Shown: positions 11,761 to 24,938, counted from the stretch's first letter. The stretch: 40,654 bases of DNA from Octopus sinensis (GCF_006345805.1 NW_021835368.1:1-40654); one strand, 5' to 3'. Made by a program: numbers and translations. Notes: generated from the letters alone by a model not told the origin.

Positions 11761-11889
11761 TACTGTTTCTATTCGAGAGCGTTATACAAATACATCTGTT
11801 GGTTTTGTACATCACCTGTCTTCGTCTTTTGTTTTTTTCGTAAACTCTCCCTATATATATATATATACCAGTGCCTAAATTATGCATAT

Positions 11890-11913
11890 GTATATTTGTA
11901 TATAATGTCTATA

Positions 11914-11968
<55 letters not shown>

Positions 11969-11986
11969 TAAATATATATTATATAT

Positions 11987-12025
<39 letters not shown>

Positions 12026-12030
12026 AGTAT
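11890..12030. repeat. Interrupted (TA)n
   Basis: Visible directly. Confidence 0.9.
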
Positions 12031-12504
12031 ATATGCGAAAATATATACCTATGTATGTATATGTATGTAAATATATGTACATATGTATTTTTCAGAATAC
12101 CTATATGTCTCTGTTTTAATCTATATATAAGTTTATACATACGTGTGCACAAACGTATACAAATATATGCATACAGATATATGCTTCAACTTCAATATAT
12201 TATTTATGTATCCGTGTCTCCACGTTTATTTATAGATATATCCACATACATATATGGTAGTAAATCAACCGTAATCAAATGTGTTGATGTTGTGGTGGAG
12301 AAGGAAAATATATATATAAATAAAAAAGAGAAAGATTTCCATTCAAGTATTCTCTTTCGTAATGCATTTAATTAAAATATACTTCAATTCATTCTGTATG
12401 ACAGTGTTTAATAAAACAAAGTCATTCGTTTGATGTATTAAAATTGCAAGGTAAATCAGCTGGAGAGTCATAAATCAGTGTACCAATACATTATGTAGCC
12501 TACA

Positions 12505-12845
12505 CACACACACACATAATTATATATATATACATATACACGCACACATATATATATACACACACACACATATAATCATATATATGTACATATACATGCA
12601 CATATATATATATACACACACACATATAATCATATATATGTACATATACACGCACACATATATATATACACACACACACATATAATCATATATATGTACA
12701 TATACAAGCACATATATATACACACACACACATATATAATTATATATATATACATGTACACGCACACATATATATATACACACACACATATAATCATATA
12801 TATGTACATATACGCGCACATATATATATACAGACACACATATAT
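12505..12845. repeat. 54-56-bp minisatellite built from microsatellite pieces, about 6 units
   Basis: The landmark aat(c/t)atatata recurs at 12518, 12574, 12628, 12684, 12738 and 12792. Confidence 0.9.
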
Positions 12846-13213
12846 TCACACACACCATATATTTATTCCATACATACATACATGCAAATATATATTTCGT
12901 ATATTTTTAGATTTTCAATTTTCTTATGGTCGTCAGTGGTTTAATAATTCATACAACGTTGGTAGTAACTTGCTGTTATATATAGCTCTGTGTGTGTGTG
13001 TGTGTCATTTACTATTTCAAAATCGATTGATGTATTGATCGATCTATGTATCTAATCTATCTATCTATATTTGTATCATTTGTATCCCGCCCCAGCTTTC
13101 CTCACACATTCATCACTAGCCAAATCTGTCTCTGTTGATATAAATTCAGGCAAGCAAGTTTTATCTATGTATGAGAATGTATATTAATGTATGTGTCTAC
13201 ATGTATACAATGG

Positions 13214-13244
<31 letters not shown>

Positions 13245-14809
13245 GATAGGAGTATGCGGGGGTGCGTATGTTTGTGTGTGTGCATGTGTGTGCGTGTGTT
13301 TGTGCTTGTGTGTGTGTGTGTAACGTGTAGGTTTTCTCGTGTATGTAACTGTATTCGTGACATCGATTTGAACTCAACTCCTTTGATGTTTTCATATTGG
13401 AAGAATACAACGCACAGAATTTTGTTTTGGCCATTGTGTTCCTCTTGTAGCAAAACCCATGAGTCAGAGGTCGAACCGTTTTCTGTTCTGATCTGTTTAC
13501 ATCAGGAGGTATCAGACCCTTTCCCCCAAAGACACACACTAACTCTTCAAACAGTGTCGATCACAATCACTCTGTTAACACCAAACTCGTGTCTTCAACC
13601 AGGTATTGCCTTGTCTTGGTCGATCGGATCATCTGATAACTACCTTATCGGGAAAATACATCACATCATTTCATCTTACTAATAAACAGGACACACGAAC
13701 CCAAATGGATAAATCATTCCTTTTATTTTAAATCAGTCAACTTTTGGCCAATTTCCCTGTTCTATGCTGGTTACACACAAGAGAAATAAAATAATAATGT
13801 ACTTCATTACAGAATCACCTGAAAGAAAAGTATGTGAGTGCGAATGTCATTCTACATGAAAAGTACTTCTAGATGGGAGCCGAACATCCAAGAAATGGCA
13901 TCAAGTTCGTATTCTAGCGACATTCTAACGTGGTTAAAGAGAATGGGGTTTGGACACGTGATATTATGTAGAGATATTCACGAGATTAAAGGAGAAAAGT
14001 GACATGGTGGCAGTGAATGGGACTCATGGGATGTGTGTCGTGCATTTTAATAGGAAATTTCATAGCATATTATACACACAGAAATAAATAGGATGCACAT
14101 AAATTTACACAGGTACGTATAAATTTATACATGTGTGTGTTTGTGTGAGTGCGTTTGTGTGTGTATGTGATTGCAACAGCTGTTTCGGTAACATTTTTTT
14201 TATTCGAGATTACGGAGGATTACATTTATTGATAGATTACTGCGGATTATACATCAAGTAAAAAATCCGCTTTCATCCTAAGTTTAAACTTAGGAAGAAG
14301 AAGATTCCAAGTGACTTGCTGTGTTAGGCATCGTCAAAGGCTCGCCTTGAAGATGACCCACTGTCTGTCAGTCTGTCTCTCTCAGTTGGACCACAAGCAG
14401 CGAAACATCTAGAGCAGCATCAACCTGTTTCTTATGTAATACTACTTAATATCCAGTCTGAGCATGGTGTCGCTTTCACAGCATTAAAGCCACGTAACCT
14501 GAGTTGACCAAGAGAGGACGTAACATCTAGAAGCCATCTTGATTTTGTCTCAAATTTCTCGCTCTTTGCTCGATATCTCATAAAATGGACGCCTCCTACG
14601 CACATATATACGTGAGTCAAAAACTACTACTAAAATCATATGCAACTCCTATCAAACCTTTTGAGCTCCACCGTCTCTCGACTACCCTCTCTTTATCCAT
14701 AAATGTATATATGCATACATATTTAACATATATATTTAGATACATACATATTTGTACACACATATATATATATACACATACAAAGATATGTAATATGTGT
14801 GTGTGTGTA

Positions 14810-14879
<70 letters not shown>

Positions 14880-14934
14880 AGAGCTATTGACCACCACTGT
14901 CTTTCGGTTACCCTCTCCTCCCCATAAATGTATA

Positions 14935-14952
14935 TATACATACAAACATATA

Positions 14953-14988
<36 letters not shown>

Positions 14989-15070
14989 TGTATGTATGTA
15001 TGTATGTATGTATGTATATATATATGTGCGTGTGTGTAAAGATGGATATATATATATATATATATATATA
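14935..15070. repeat. (TATG)n and (TA)n tracts
   Basis: Visible directly. Confidence 0.9.
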
Positions 15071-15647
15071 GATTAAATATATTTTCTTATGTGTGTATAG
15101 ATATGTATAGAGGAAGAGAGAGCTAGATAAACATACAGCTAGTATGTAGTAGTAGTAGTAGTAGTAGAAAGACATTTTCGGTGCTTTTAAGGTGCTCTGA
15201 ATGTGAGGTCTATTCATTCGACATCATAGAAGAAGCAGATTTAATAAGTATTGATAAAATTAAATTGGATACTATAGTTGGGTATATAGAATTTGGTAGC
15301 ACAATGCATGAATATCTTCGGACACACAGAAGCAGACAATGGTACTTATAATCCCACATCACACACACACACACGCACCTACATGTAGATACACATACAC
15401 CACACTGGACAGATATACCCTACAGTTCAAAAGTTTCTTTGCATATGCCATCTATTTTTAGTATAGTATTTTCTGCCTAATTTTTCCATCTTGTCAAAGA
15501 TTATTTTGAGCACATAATGATCCATCACAATAGATCTGTTCATTACTCACACAAGCATACACACATACATATTGCCATGCACGCTAATAATAAATACGCA
15601 CATACACGTCTACACACACATACATACATATATGCATTATGTGGATA

Positions 15648-15679
<32 letters not shown>

Positions 15680-15695
15680 GATATATTTATATATG

Positions 15696-15729
<34 letters not shown>

Positions 15730-15769
15730 ATAATAAGTATACTTGTTTATACACTTTTATCTGCCTCTC

Positions 15770-16045
15770 TCTCTCTGCATCTATCTCTCATCTATATATC
15801 TATCTTTCTATCAATGTATCCATCTATTTATCTATCCATCTCTCTCTCTCTGTCTATCTATCTATCAATCTACCTATCTATGTATGTATCTATCTATCTA
15901 TCCATATATCCACGTATACATCTAGCCATCTATTTATCTATCCACTTCTCTCTCTCTCTTTCTATCTATCTATCTATCTATCTATCTATCCATCTGTCTA
16001 TATATTTATCTCTCTATCTATCTACTTATCAATCTATCATACATG
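15770..16045. repeat. Degenerate (CTAT)n [GATA-type] tetranucleotide array
   Basis: Visible directly. Confidence 0.9.
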
Positions 16046-16679
16046 TGTGTATGTGTGTGTGTGTACCTGCATGTAACTATGGATGTCGTAATAGGTATAT
16101 TTTTAATTTACATGTTCGGCTGCAGGGTTTAAAGTTTATAATGTATAATACGGTTACTTGTATGCGAGTAAATATAAAGGTCAATAGATATGCATGCACG
16201 CATGAATGCACCTGCATATATATACATGTACGTATGCATGTATGTATGAGTGCCCGTATGTATGCATAAATATATACCTGAATGTGTACCTGTATATATG
16301 TATATCTTATATATATATATATATATAGATATATATATATATATATTATCTATATATATAGTGTGTGTGTGTGTGTGTGGTGTGTGTATGTATGTAGGTA
16401 GGTGGAGATGGAAAGAGATAGTAAGAGAGATGGAGATAGAGAGATAATGAGATTGATTGATAAAAGTCTTGCATTTCAATGTGAGTATGGTATATTCTCT
16501 AATATCTACTTAGCAGCAGGTTTATCTCTGATATTTATCTCCGCTTTCTTATCGTCTTCTACACGCGTAAATTTATATGCAAGTACATATGCATGTTTAT
16601 ATCCATGCACGTGTATGTAGGTTTAATACATAACCATGGTTCTTTATTTTTAGTTCACTAACAGAAAGAAGCACATGTA

Positions 16680-16998
16680 ATATCTATCTATATATACACA
16701 CACACATATATATATACGTATATATATAGATGGATATATATATATATATATATGTATGTATATATATATATATACATACATACTTACATATATATATACA
16801 TATGTATGCATACATATGTTTATATATATATATATGTGTGTGTGTATGTGTTTGTATGTATGTATGCCTATGTGCATATATATATGTAAATATGTATATA
16901 GCCATATATATATTTTTACGTCTGCGTACATATTGTATATATATATATAATATATATAAGTACGTATATTTTCTTCATGCATACATAACATATATATT

Positions 16999-17043
<45 letters not shown>

Positions 17044-17050
17044 CGCACAC
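16680..17050. repeat. Compound (TA)/(CATA)/(TG) microsatellite block
   Basis: Visible directly. Confidence 0.85.
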
Positions 17051-17190
17051 ATATGCTCAACTAAGTTATTTTACCAAGCTAAAAGGTTATTTTTTTCATG
17101 TGGAAGCTTTCATTTTAATCAATCGCAAGGAAATTATCTGATCATATTTTATTTTACATACACACACATATTCACACACACACATGGATA

Positions 17191-17228
<38 letters not shown>

Positions 17229-17740
17229 TGTGTGTGTGTTTATTTATTTATTTCATATATCGGAATTTATTTATAAGAAAACACCGCAGGCAAGAAGTTG
17301 AAGTTATTAGTTTAAATTTCAGAAGTATTAATGTTTAACCCTTACTCAGCCACACCCACACCACTTCCCAACACCTCAACTGTTCTCACCAAAACCACTA
17401 AAATGTTTTAACATCGTTCTGAATCTCCCACACCAACCATCATCACATAAGAAAATCTCGAACATTAAATATAATTTAGTATTTAGTAAATATTTTGGAG
17501 AAGACAGTCATAATTGACAGTTAATTTCACCGAGTTAATTATAAATCAGATGCTTTTAAACCATCAGCCAATCCTCTTTATATAAATATATACGTACTTA
17601 GGTATACACGGACAAACACACAGAAACACAGACACACACGCACAAATATATACGTATAAGCACACACTTATATATATATATAACCATACATATATCTATA
17701 TCTACCTACATATCTATCTATCTATGTATATATATATATA

Positions 17741-17880
17741 TCCGCCTACATGATCCACTCACAAGTCTTTGGTCCGTCCAAGGCTATAGTAGAAGACGCT
17801 TGGCCGAGATGCCACGCAGTGGGACTGAACCCGGGCCATGTGGTTGGGATGCAAGCTTCTAACTGCACGCCGACGCGTAC
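17741..17880 (-). mobile_element. SINE family B 5' part, diverged
   Basis: atccactcacaagtctttggtccgtccaaggctatagtagaagac...cacgcagtgggactgaacccggg matches the corresponding segment of the minus-strand copy at 26732-27148. Confidence 0.8.
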
Positions 17881-18281
17881 ACCCACACATACAAATACAG
17901 GTGATTTATAAGGTACCACATATGTTGTACCTAATAAAGGTTCAATTCGAAATCCTTCTCCTACTATCAATTAATACTTTACATATATATATATTAATCA
18001 CCTGTTCCTATGTGATTATGTTTGCACACCCTTGTTTTTGCAGTTATCAACACATTTATTGATAATCTGTATCACTAATACATGTGAATGTATAATAATA
18101 ATTAGACACACTGGAATGTTTCCCAGCTGATGTCTGTCGATTTTATATCCTCTCAACTTTCTTATTTGCTATATATATATAATAATTATTTGAAGGAATA
18201 TTAATCCAAACTTACATGGAAAAAAATTCAATTAAGAATAATATAATCAAATTAATATAATATATATATATATATATATAT

Positions 18282-18318
<37 letters not shown>

Positions 18319-19004
18319 TAGAAAAAAACATCCTTTATCAATTCAAAATGAACAATTAAATTACACCATCTAGAAAATTACATATAATAGAAATATAAAA
18401 TTAAAATAACAATAAAATACCATTGGCATTTTATTGTTAGTAGATCGAAGGCGGCAAGGAATAAAAAATTTAATTAAAAGAAAACGGTATAATAAATTAG
18501 CAAATTTTATATAACTTCGTGTGCCGTGAGGAGAAATGAAACCTCGACATTTGGGGCTGGCCTAACCTCGAAGAAATGAGAACATTATGAAAGGAAAGGA
18601 GGAACGGCAATTCTCGAAGGTTGTAGAAATTCTATTACTGAAATAACAAATGAGAAAATAATGTTATGAAACTAATCAATTTGAATAGTCACTACTAGTG
18701 CGATTTTCATCGCCTTGGCAGCACTAACGCAGGCAAAAGGAAAAGCGAAAAAAAATATTTGTAATATCAACATTCACAGAAACAATAAAATTGTTGGTAA
18801 AAAATAATAAAACAGAATGTTCCTTAAGTTGCTAGAGTCAAGATAACATGAACCAAAAATAAATAATTAAAATATTTCAATTTTATAAAACTGTCTTTGG
18901 GGATTTGAAAATGGAAATTTTACTGGAAGGAAAATAATATTTACGATAACATTTCTGTTGGTACAAATGAAAGTCAGCATACAAACCATAGTCATCAAAT
19001 GATG

Positions 19005-19027
19005 ATGATATAATAATGATAATAATA

Positions 19028-19060
<33 letters not shown>

Positions 19061-19111
19061 ATGATGATGATGAATAATAGTAATATTAATGATAATGATA
19101 ATAATATTATT

Positions 19112-19142
<31 letters not shown>

Positions 19143-19270
19143 TTAATAATAATAATAATGATAATGATAATAATAATAATAATATAATAATGAAATGATA
19201 ATAATAATAATATAATAAAATAATAATAATAATAATGATAATAATAATATTAATAATAATATAATAATGA
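19005..19270. repeat. Degenerate (AAT)n/(GAT)n tract
   Basis: Visible directly. Confidence 0.95.
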
Positions 19271-19578
19271 CTCTCAAAATACAAAGACCTGGAAATAGAG
19301 GTAACTAGAATGTGGAATCTGAAAACAGAAACTTCCTATCATAGTAGGTGCATTAGGCATGATAAAAAATGTTCAGACAAATACATAACAAAAACACCAG
19401 GACTTACAAACACATATAACATACAGAAAATTGCACTACTAGGCACTGCACCACATCCTACGCAGAACACTTTCCATACAATAACCATCAGAGCATCACA
19501 ACAAATCACAGCACATACCCAAGGCATACAGAGCTGCGCTCCGTAGTGAAGTGAATGCACGCTATAAAAATAAAACTA

Positions 19579-19581
<3 letters not shown>
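19271..19581 (+). mobile_element. R4/Dong-type non-LTR retrotransposon 3' end (restriction-like endonuclease tail plus 3' UTR), flanked by (AAT)n on both sides
   Basis: Translates with frameshifts to LSKYKDLEIEVTRMWNLKTET.PIIVGALGMIKK..DKYITKTPGLTNTYNIQKIALLGTA.ILRRTLSIQ*. About 95 nt of UTR then runs into (AAT)n. Confidence 0.88.
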
Positions 19582-19613
<32 letters not shown>

Positions 19614-19621
19614 TGATGATG

Positions 19622-19674
<53 letters not shown>

Positions 19675-19703
19675 GTAATATTAATGATAATGATAATAAT
19701 ATT

Positions 19704-19740
<37 letters not shown>

Positions 19741-19832
19741 TAATAATAATAATAAAAATAATAATAATAATAATGACAATAATAATGATAATAATAATAA
19801 TAATGGTAATAGTAATAATAATGATAATAATA
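19582..19832. repeat. Long (AAT)n tract with GAT variants
   Basis: Visible directly. Confidence 0.95.
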
Positions 19833-19837
19833 TTGTT

Positions 19838-20015
19838 TCTAAGTTTTGGCATGGAGTCAGCAGTTTTTGAGGGGAGGGGGAAGTTAATTTTCATCGACCA
19901 CAGCACTGAACTGGTACGCAGTTTATCAACCCTGAAATGATAGAGGGCAAAGTCGCCCTACGCAGTATTTGAACCCAGAGTCGGAAGAAATGCCGCTATC
20001 GATTTTGCCAGCTCA
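19838..20015 (-). mobile_element. SINE family A, old form, decayed
   Basis: catcgaccacagcactgaactggtac...ttatcaaccctgaaatgat...ggcaaagtcgccc...gattttgccagctcac. Its 3' end abuts the AAT tract. Confidence 0.7.
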
Positions 20016-20065
20016 CTACGTTGAAAAATGATGGTGCTAATAATAATAATAATAATAACAATAAT

Positions 20066-20261
20066 CCTTTCTACTATAGGCACAAGGCATTGTATCTGTG
20101 GGGAGGGGACTAGTCGATTACATCGACCGCAGTGTTTCGCTGGTACTATCGAACTTGAAAGGATGAAAAGCAAAGTCGACCTTGAGGTAATTAGAACTCA
20201 GAAGGTAACGACAGATGAAATATCTCTAAGCATTCTGTCTAGCATGCTAACGATTCTGCCA
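20066..20261 (-). mobile_element. SINE family A, old form
   Basis: tcctttctactataggcacaagg...gtcgattacatcgacc...gaaaggatgaaaagcaaagtcgacc...gaactcagaa...gctaacgattctgcca. Confidence 0.8.
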
Positions 20262-20311
<50 letters not shown>

Positions 20312-20364
20312 ACTACCACTACTACTACTACTAATAATAATAATGATGATGATGATGATGTTTA

Positions 20365-20430
<66 letters not shown>
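20262..20430. repeat. (TAC)n-(AAT)n-(GAT)n compound trinucleotide tract
   Basis: Visible directly. Confidence 0.95.
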
Positions 20431-20431
<1 letters not shown>

Positions 20432-20680
20432 CGTCTTAACTGGAACGACTCATGTACTGAGAAGAGCATTATCGCTGTGAAAACAACATCCATTCATGAA
20501 TTTATTTATTTATTAATTTTTTTTTTAAATACATATTTCACCTGTTAATTTCCGTGTGTAATCTGGGAATGCATACAATGAACTTCTCTGCCGTAGGTGT
20601 ACGGAAAAAACTCGGCGAGAAACAGCAGGAAATCTGAAGTAAGGAGGAAAAGTAATAATAATAATAACAACAACAACAAC

Positions 20681-20713
<33 letters not shown>

Positions 20714-20724
20714 GGTGCCAGTGA

Positions 20725-21609
20725 CAACACCTGAATGTTGAAAACATTAATTCCCAAATTTACTGAAACTACAAAACTGCATAAGATATCTTGTGAGAAG
20801 CTACAATGTCTTAACTGTAATAATATCGCAGAAAATGGACAGGCATCTAGACGGAAATATCTTGCTTCCAGAAGAGAAGGGACGCTGCAAAGGTTCATAT
20901 GACTGTAAAGTTCAGTTATTGATCACCAAATCGATAAGTGAAGACTGCCAAAAGGAAAATAAGAGTCTATGTATGGCTTGAGTCGATTACCGGAAGGTTT
21001 TTGGCAGCATCCTCCACGCATGGATGCCAGAAACACTAGTCATGAACAAGGTAGCACTAACAATAAATAAAAACATAAGACATGTCAGGAATAAATATCA
21101 AACAGTTCTGCAGCATTAGACAAAAGAGGGAACCATATAAACTATAGCGATCCCCGTTAGAAGAGGAATCTTCCAAGGGGACTCGCTCTCTCTATTCCTT
21201 TTCTGTCAGGCACTGATGTTGACATGCTAATCAGAACTTAATTGAGAAAGAAAACAAACTATGCTGGATCATAGATGTAGCAATGCCCAGCTGACGACAA
21301 GGTATGCAATAAGAAAGAAAGAAAAGTTGGGAGACATGACATGTTAGCTTGTGAAGTTAAGCTGTTGTGATCGAAGAAAAAAGTAGCAGTAGTACTAATA
21401 ATTGTCAGAGTCCTGGGAGCAGCGAGCAAAAATCTCGCGAAGTACGTGGAACAAATAGGGGCTGCAATAAGGGCGGAGCACTTGCAGAAAACAGCACTGC
21501 TTTGAAACACTCCAATACTCTGGAAGGTGCTCGAAAAATAGGAGGTGTCCACTGGTAGTGAACAGCTGACACTGTAGTACATCTCCAGCGTTAGAAGCTG
21601 TGCAAAGGC
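20725..21609 (+). mobile_element. R4/Dong-type element: RT N-terminal half joined directly to RLE tail and 3' UTR, ending in (AAT)n
   Basis: TLIPKFTET..YNVLTVII..HLDGNILLPEEKGRCKGSYDCKVQLLITK.I.EDC...SLCMA*VDYRKVF.SI.HAW...RRGIFQGDSLSLFLFCQAL. From about 21230: LIEKENKLCWIIDVAMP..DKVCNKKERKV...VAVVLIIVRVLGAASKNL...EHLQKTALL*...LWKVLEK*. Confidence 0.88.

Positions 21610-21703
<94 letters not shown>
21610..21703. repeat. (AAT)n tract
   Basis: Visible directly, at the 3' end of the preceding element. Confidence 0.95.
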
Positions 21704-21714
21704 CTCCCTACCAA

Positions 21715-22810
21715 AATTTGGGAGAAGACTAAATTGGAAGATTAGTTAATTGATAAACCAGACAACTATAAAGTGCTTATCGAAGTCATCCCCTTAAAGT
21801 AGAGAGAATATATTTAGTCCGTCCAGAAGGAGGTTATGGTCTGACACAGATAACTACTGTAAAATAACTGCCGCTGGAGCAGTAAAATACTTAGGATCCA
21901 AAGTGAACGACTTCTATGTTTAATAAAGGAACACACAAGAAAGAGAACGTTTTTCTCTATACACAAAAAGTCGACCAAATACACAGCAGAAGGAAAGCAC
22001 ACGGAAACTTTTGTCAGAGGCCTACAAAACGGAAATCGTGAAAGTGAAAAGAAAACAACACGAAAAGAGAATTACAAAACATAACTAAAAAAGAATGGGG
22101 AGATAAATCACTCCATGACCAATACCATGCATGGCTCGACAGACGTGAATCTAAGGAAACGCCAACAGTGGCTCAAAAGCTCTGGACTAAAAGCAGAAAC
22201 GGAAGGACCGATTCTCGCTGCACAAGAACAATATCTGACTCCAAAGAACTATAAAAGGAAATAAAGAAAATGGGCCCTAACACCAAATGCAGAGTGTGCA
22301 AGGAACACAATGGGACGGTTAACTACATCATCCTGGCTGTCCAGTCCTAAGCAAATCTGAATGTATATATAGACATGTCTGAGCAAGTTGTTATATCCAC
22401 AGGGCAATATGCCAACACTGCAACATAAAAAAAAAACAGAAATAGTATAAACTTGTGCCAAATAAGATAAAGGGCAATCATCAGGGATATACCTGCGCAA
22501 ACCGATAAGGAAATAAAAGCTAATCGTCCAGACTTGATAATCAATGACTGGAAAAACAAACACGCTTGCTTATTGGTACACATTGCAGTCCCTTGTGACT
22601 AAAATATTACCCAAAATGTAGTGGGGAAATTGAAGTATACAAGATTATGGAGCATGAAGGTGAAAATGATGCCAGTAATAACTGGAGCTCTGGGCATGAT
22701 AAAAAAAACCCATGAACAAAAACGCAGACCCTCAGCACTACATACTATCCAGAAAATAGCCCTTCTAGGAACAGCCTATATCCTACGCAAGACACCATCA
22801 ATTCAATAGT
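21715..22810 (+). mobile_element. R4/Dong-type element 3' half (post-RT region, CCHC knuckle, RLE), decayed
   Basis: HPLKVERIYLVRPEGGYGLTQI; QWLKSSGLKAETEGPILAAQEQ; KCRVCKEHNGTVNYII.GCP at about 22285; ANRPDLIINDWKNK at about 22520; LWSMKVKMMPVITGALGMIKK...IQKIALLGTAYILRKTPSIQ*. Confidence 0.9.
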
Positions 22811-23104
22811 ACGACCCAAATTAATCCACTAAAAAAAGACACTCTATACGGTAAATATCCAGTGAAATAAACAACCTCCCACGACATGTACTCTACAGGT
22901 CGGATACCCAACAGAACACCACTTGTGTTACAAACACAAGACAATACAAGCACTTATACAAAAAGAAGACTCAAGCCAGACTCAATGACAAAACAAACAG
23001 ATGCAATACAATACCAGGAAGAGTTTTACACCCCTAGCCCAAAAATAACAATGGCTCACAAGCATGTTCACATCTCAGCAACACGGATGTGTAGCAGGTG
23101 ATGG

Positions 23105-23277
23105 CGAGTGGAATCTTCAAGCAAAAACTATTCCTGTTATTTTAGGTCTCGTAGATATGATAAAAAGGGATATCTGATACATCTACACAACATCCCAGGA
23201 GAAGCATGTCTCAAAGAAATACAAAAGGTTGCGCAGACAAGTGCTGCCAATATCCTTTAAAAATCTCTATCAAATTA
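23105..23277 (+). mobile_element. Fourth R4/Dong-type C-terminal remnant, highly diverged
   Basis: EWNLQAKTIPVILGLVDMIKR...HNIPGEACLKEIQKVAQTSAANIL*KSLSN* parallels the other RLE tails. Confidence 0.7.
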
Positions 23278-24049
23278 AATGTTTCTGTTGTAAAATATGA
23301 AGGTATTTCGCTACCGCTCTTGCCACATCCCCTCCCCAAGATTATTTCGAAATCTCTTGAAGCTTGAGATTTGGGAAGGGAGTATTAACTAAGGAGATCT
23401 ACCCAAGTACGTTACAGGTACTTTATTTTCTCGACACATCTGGCTCTTAATTTTAACATCATTTCATTACTTTCAGGCAGCTCATTCATGAAAATATTGT
23501 TCGTTGTATCTTCATGATTTTTATATGGGAATATGTTATATGGTGGAGAAATGGCTTCTATTTCTAGTGGACCACACTAGCATATAGTTTCGTATTTCGT
23601 ATTTGCTTAAAAATTACGTTAACATCTGCGGAACAAATATTCAATGAATTGCTCAAGTAAGGCTTACCAACTCACTCCTCGGATTTTATAACACGTTTTT
23701 ACCTATTTCGATTATTGCTGCAATTTGCTGTAATGTTAATGAATTTATAAAACAAACAAAAAAACAGAAATAAAAAGTAAAAAGAAATACGAAGTTGGCT
23801 ACGATGACGCAAAGACATTGATTAGATTTAATCTATTGAAGATGCAGCATTCACAGAGACCACGTAATAAAATGTATATATTCCAATTAGCTTAGATATA
23901 TACGTAGTTAGAGGTTTTGATGGAACTATTCGTGAGAAGAGACCAATAAATTGCGATTCAGGCTTTGACTAATGTGTTTTTCTAACGTAGAATTATAGAT
24001 GAAATGACGATGTGGACACAGAACACTGTATTTATAAACACACACTCAC

Positions 24050-24088
24050 ACACATACACATATACACAAACATGTACACACAAATATA

Positions 24089-24133
<45 letters not shown>

Positions 24134-24161
24134 CATGCTTATTGTGTATATATATATATAT

Positions 24162-24200
<39 letters not shown>

Positions 24201-24354
24201 AATATACACATATGTATATGATGAGAAAGAGACAAAGATATATATATATATATAATATATATACTTAATATATATATACATAATATATAATGTATATATA
24301 TACACGCATATAAATAATGAGAGAGAGAGAGAGACAAAAGAGAGAGAATGTATA

Positions 24355-24393
<39 letters not shown>

Positions 24394-24395
24394 AT
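24050..24395. repeat. Compound (CA)/(TA)/(GA) microsatellite block
   Basis: Visible directly. Confidence 0.85.
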
Positions 24396-24454
24396 GCATT
24401 CGTATATTTCTTTATATAGGTTTGTTTTGTTCTGCATATAGAGATTTGTAAAAA

Positions 24455-24938
24455 TGTGCATTCAAAACGTACCTGACTTTATTTTTTCCCGTAAAACTAA
24501 TGCCGCGTGGGATGACATGTGACACCACTCTTCTTGCACACGTATGGAAATTTTCTTGCCGGTAGGTCAGTTCCCGAATGTTATACCCAGAGAACCAACG
24601 GATAGTTTGCGCTCGTTGGATTTCCGTTTTTATGCAAGATGACCGATGACATCGAGCAGAGGCCATGGACTCGTGTCCGATCACTAGTTATGATGGTCTT
24701 TATGAAGTCTGGGTAATGGTTTGCACAGTCCAGCATGTCCCGAGCGATGTCCATGCGGAGTTGGCTCTGTTACTCCGCGAGAAATTTAGGGATGAATTTT
24801 GCCGCATGCACAAATCCTCCGTTAAAATGGAATGCACTGATTATTGGCTTATTCCATCTTCGTGAATAGTTTCCTGCTTCGTTACTCGACGGTCTTTCAT
24901 GACTACTTGCCGAAACATCTCAACTCTCTCCTCATCTC
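24455..24938 (-). mobile_element. Mariner deletion derivative (second family): HTH region to first catalytic Asp, then terminal region
   Basis: 24938-24663 translates to EERVEMFRQVVMKDRRVTKQETIHEDGISQ*SVHSILTEDLCMR..AKFIPKFLAE*QSQLRMDIARDMLDCANHYPDFIKTIITSD (mariner DRR.T...GIS..S.HSIL.EDL.MR...AKF.PK...ITGDE). The 24455-24660 assignment is weaker. Confidence 0.85.

Noticed and set aside
13380-14600. Unique-looking stretches with 60-160 aa ORFs and YY1-like ccatctt/aaaatgg motifs
   Set aside because: No recognisable domain, weak splice pairs, and the motifs are too short to be informative.
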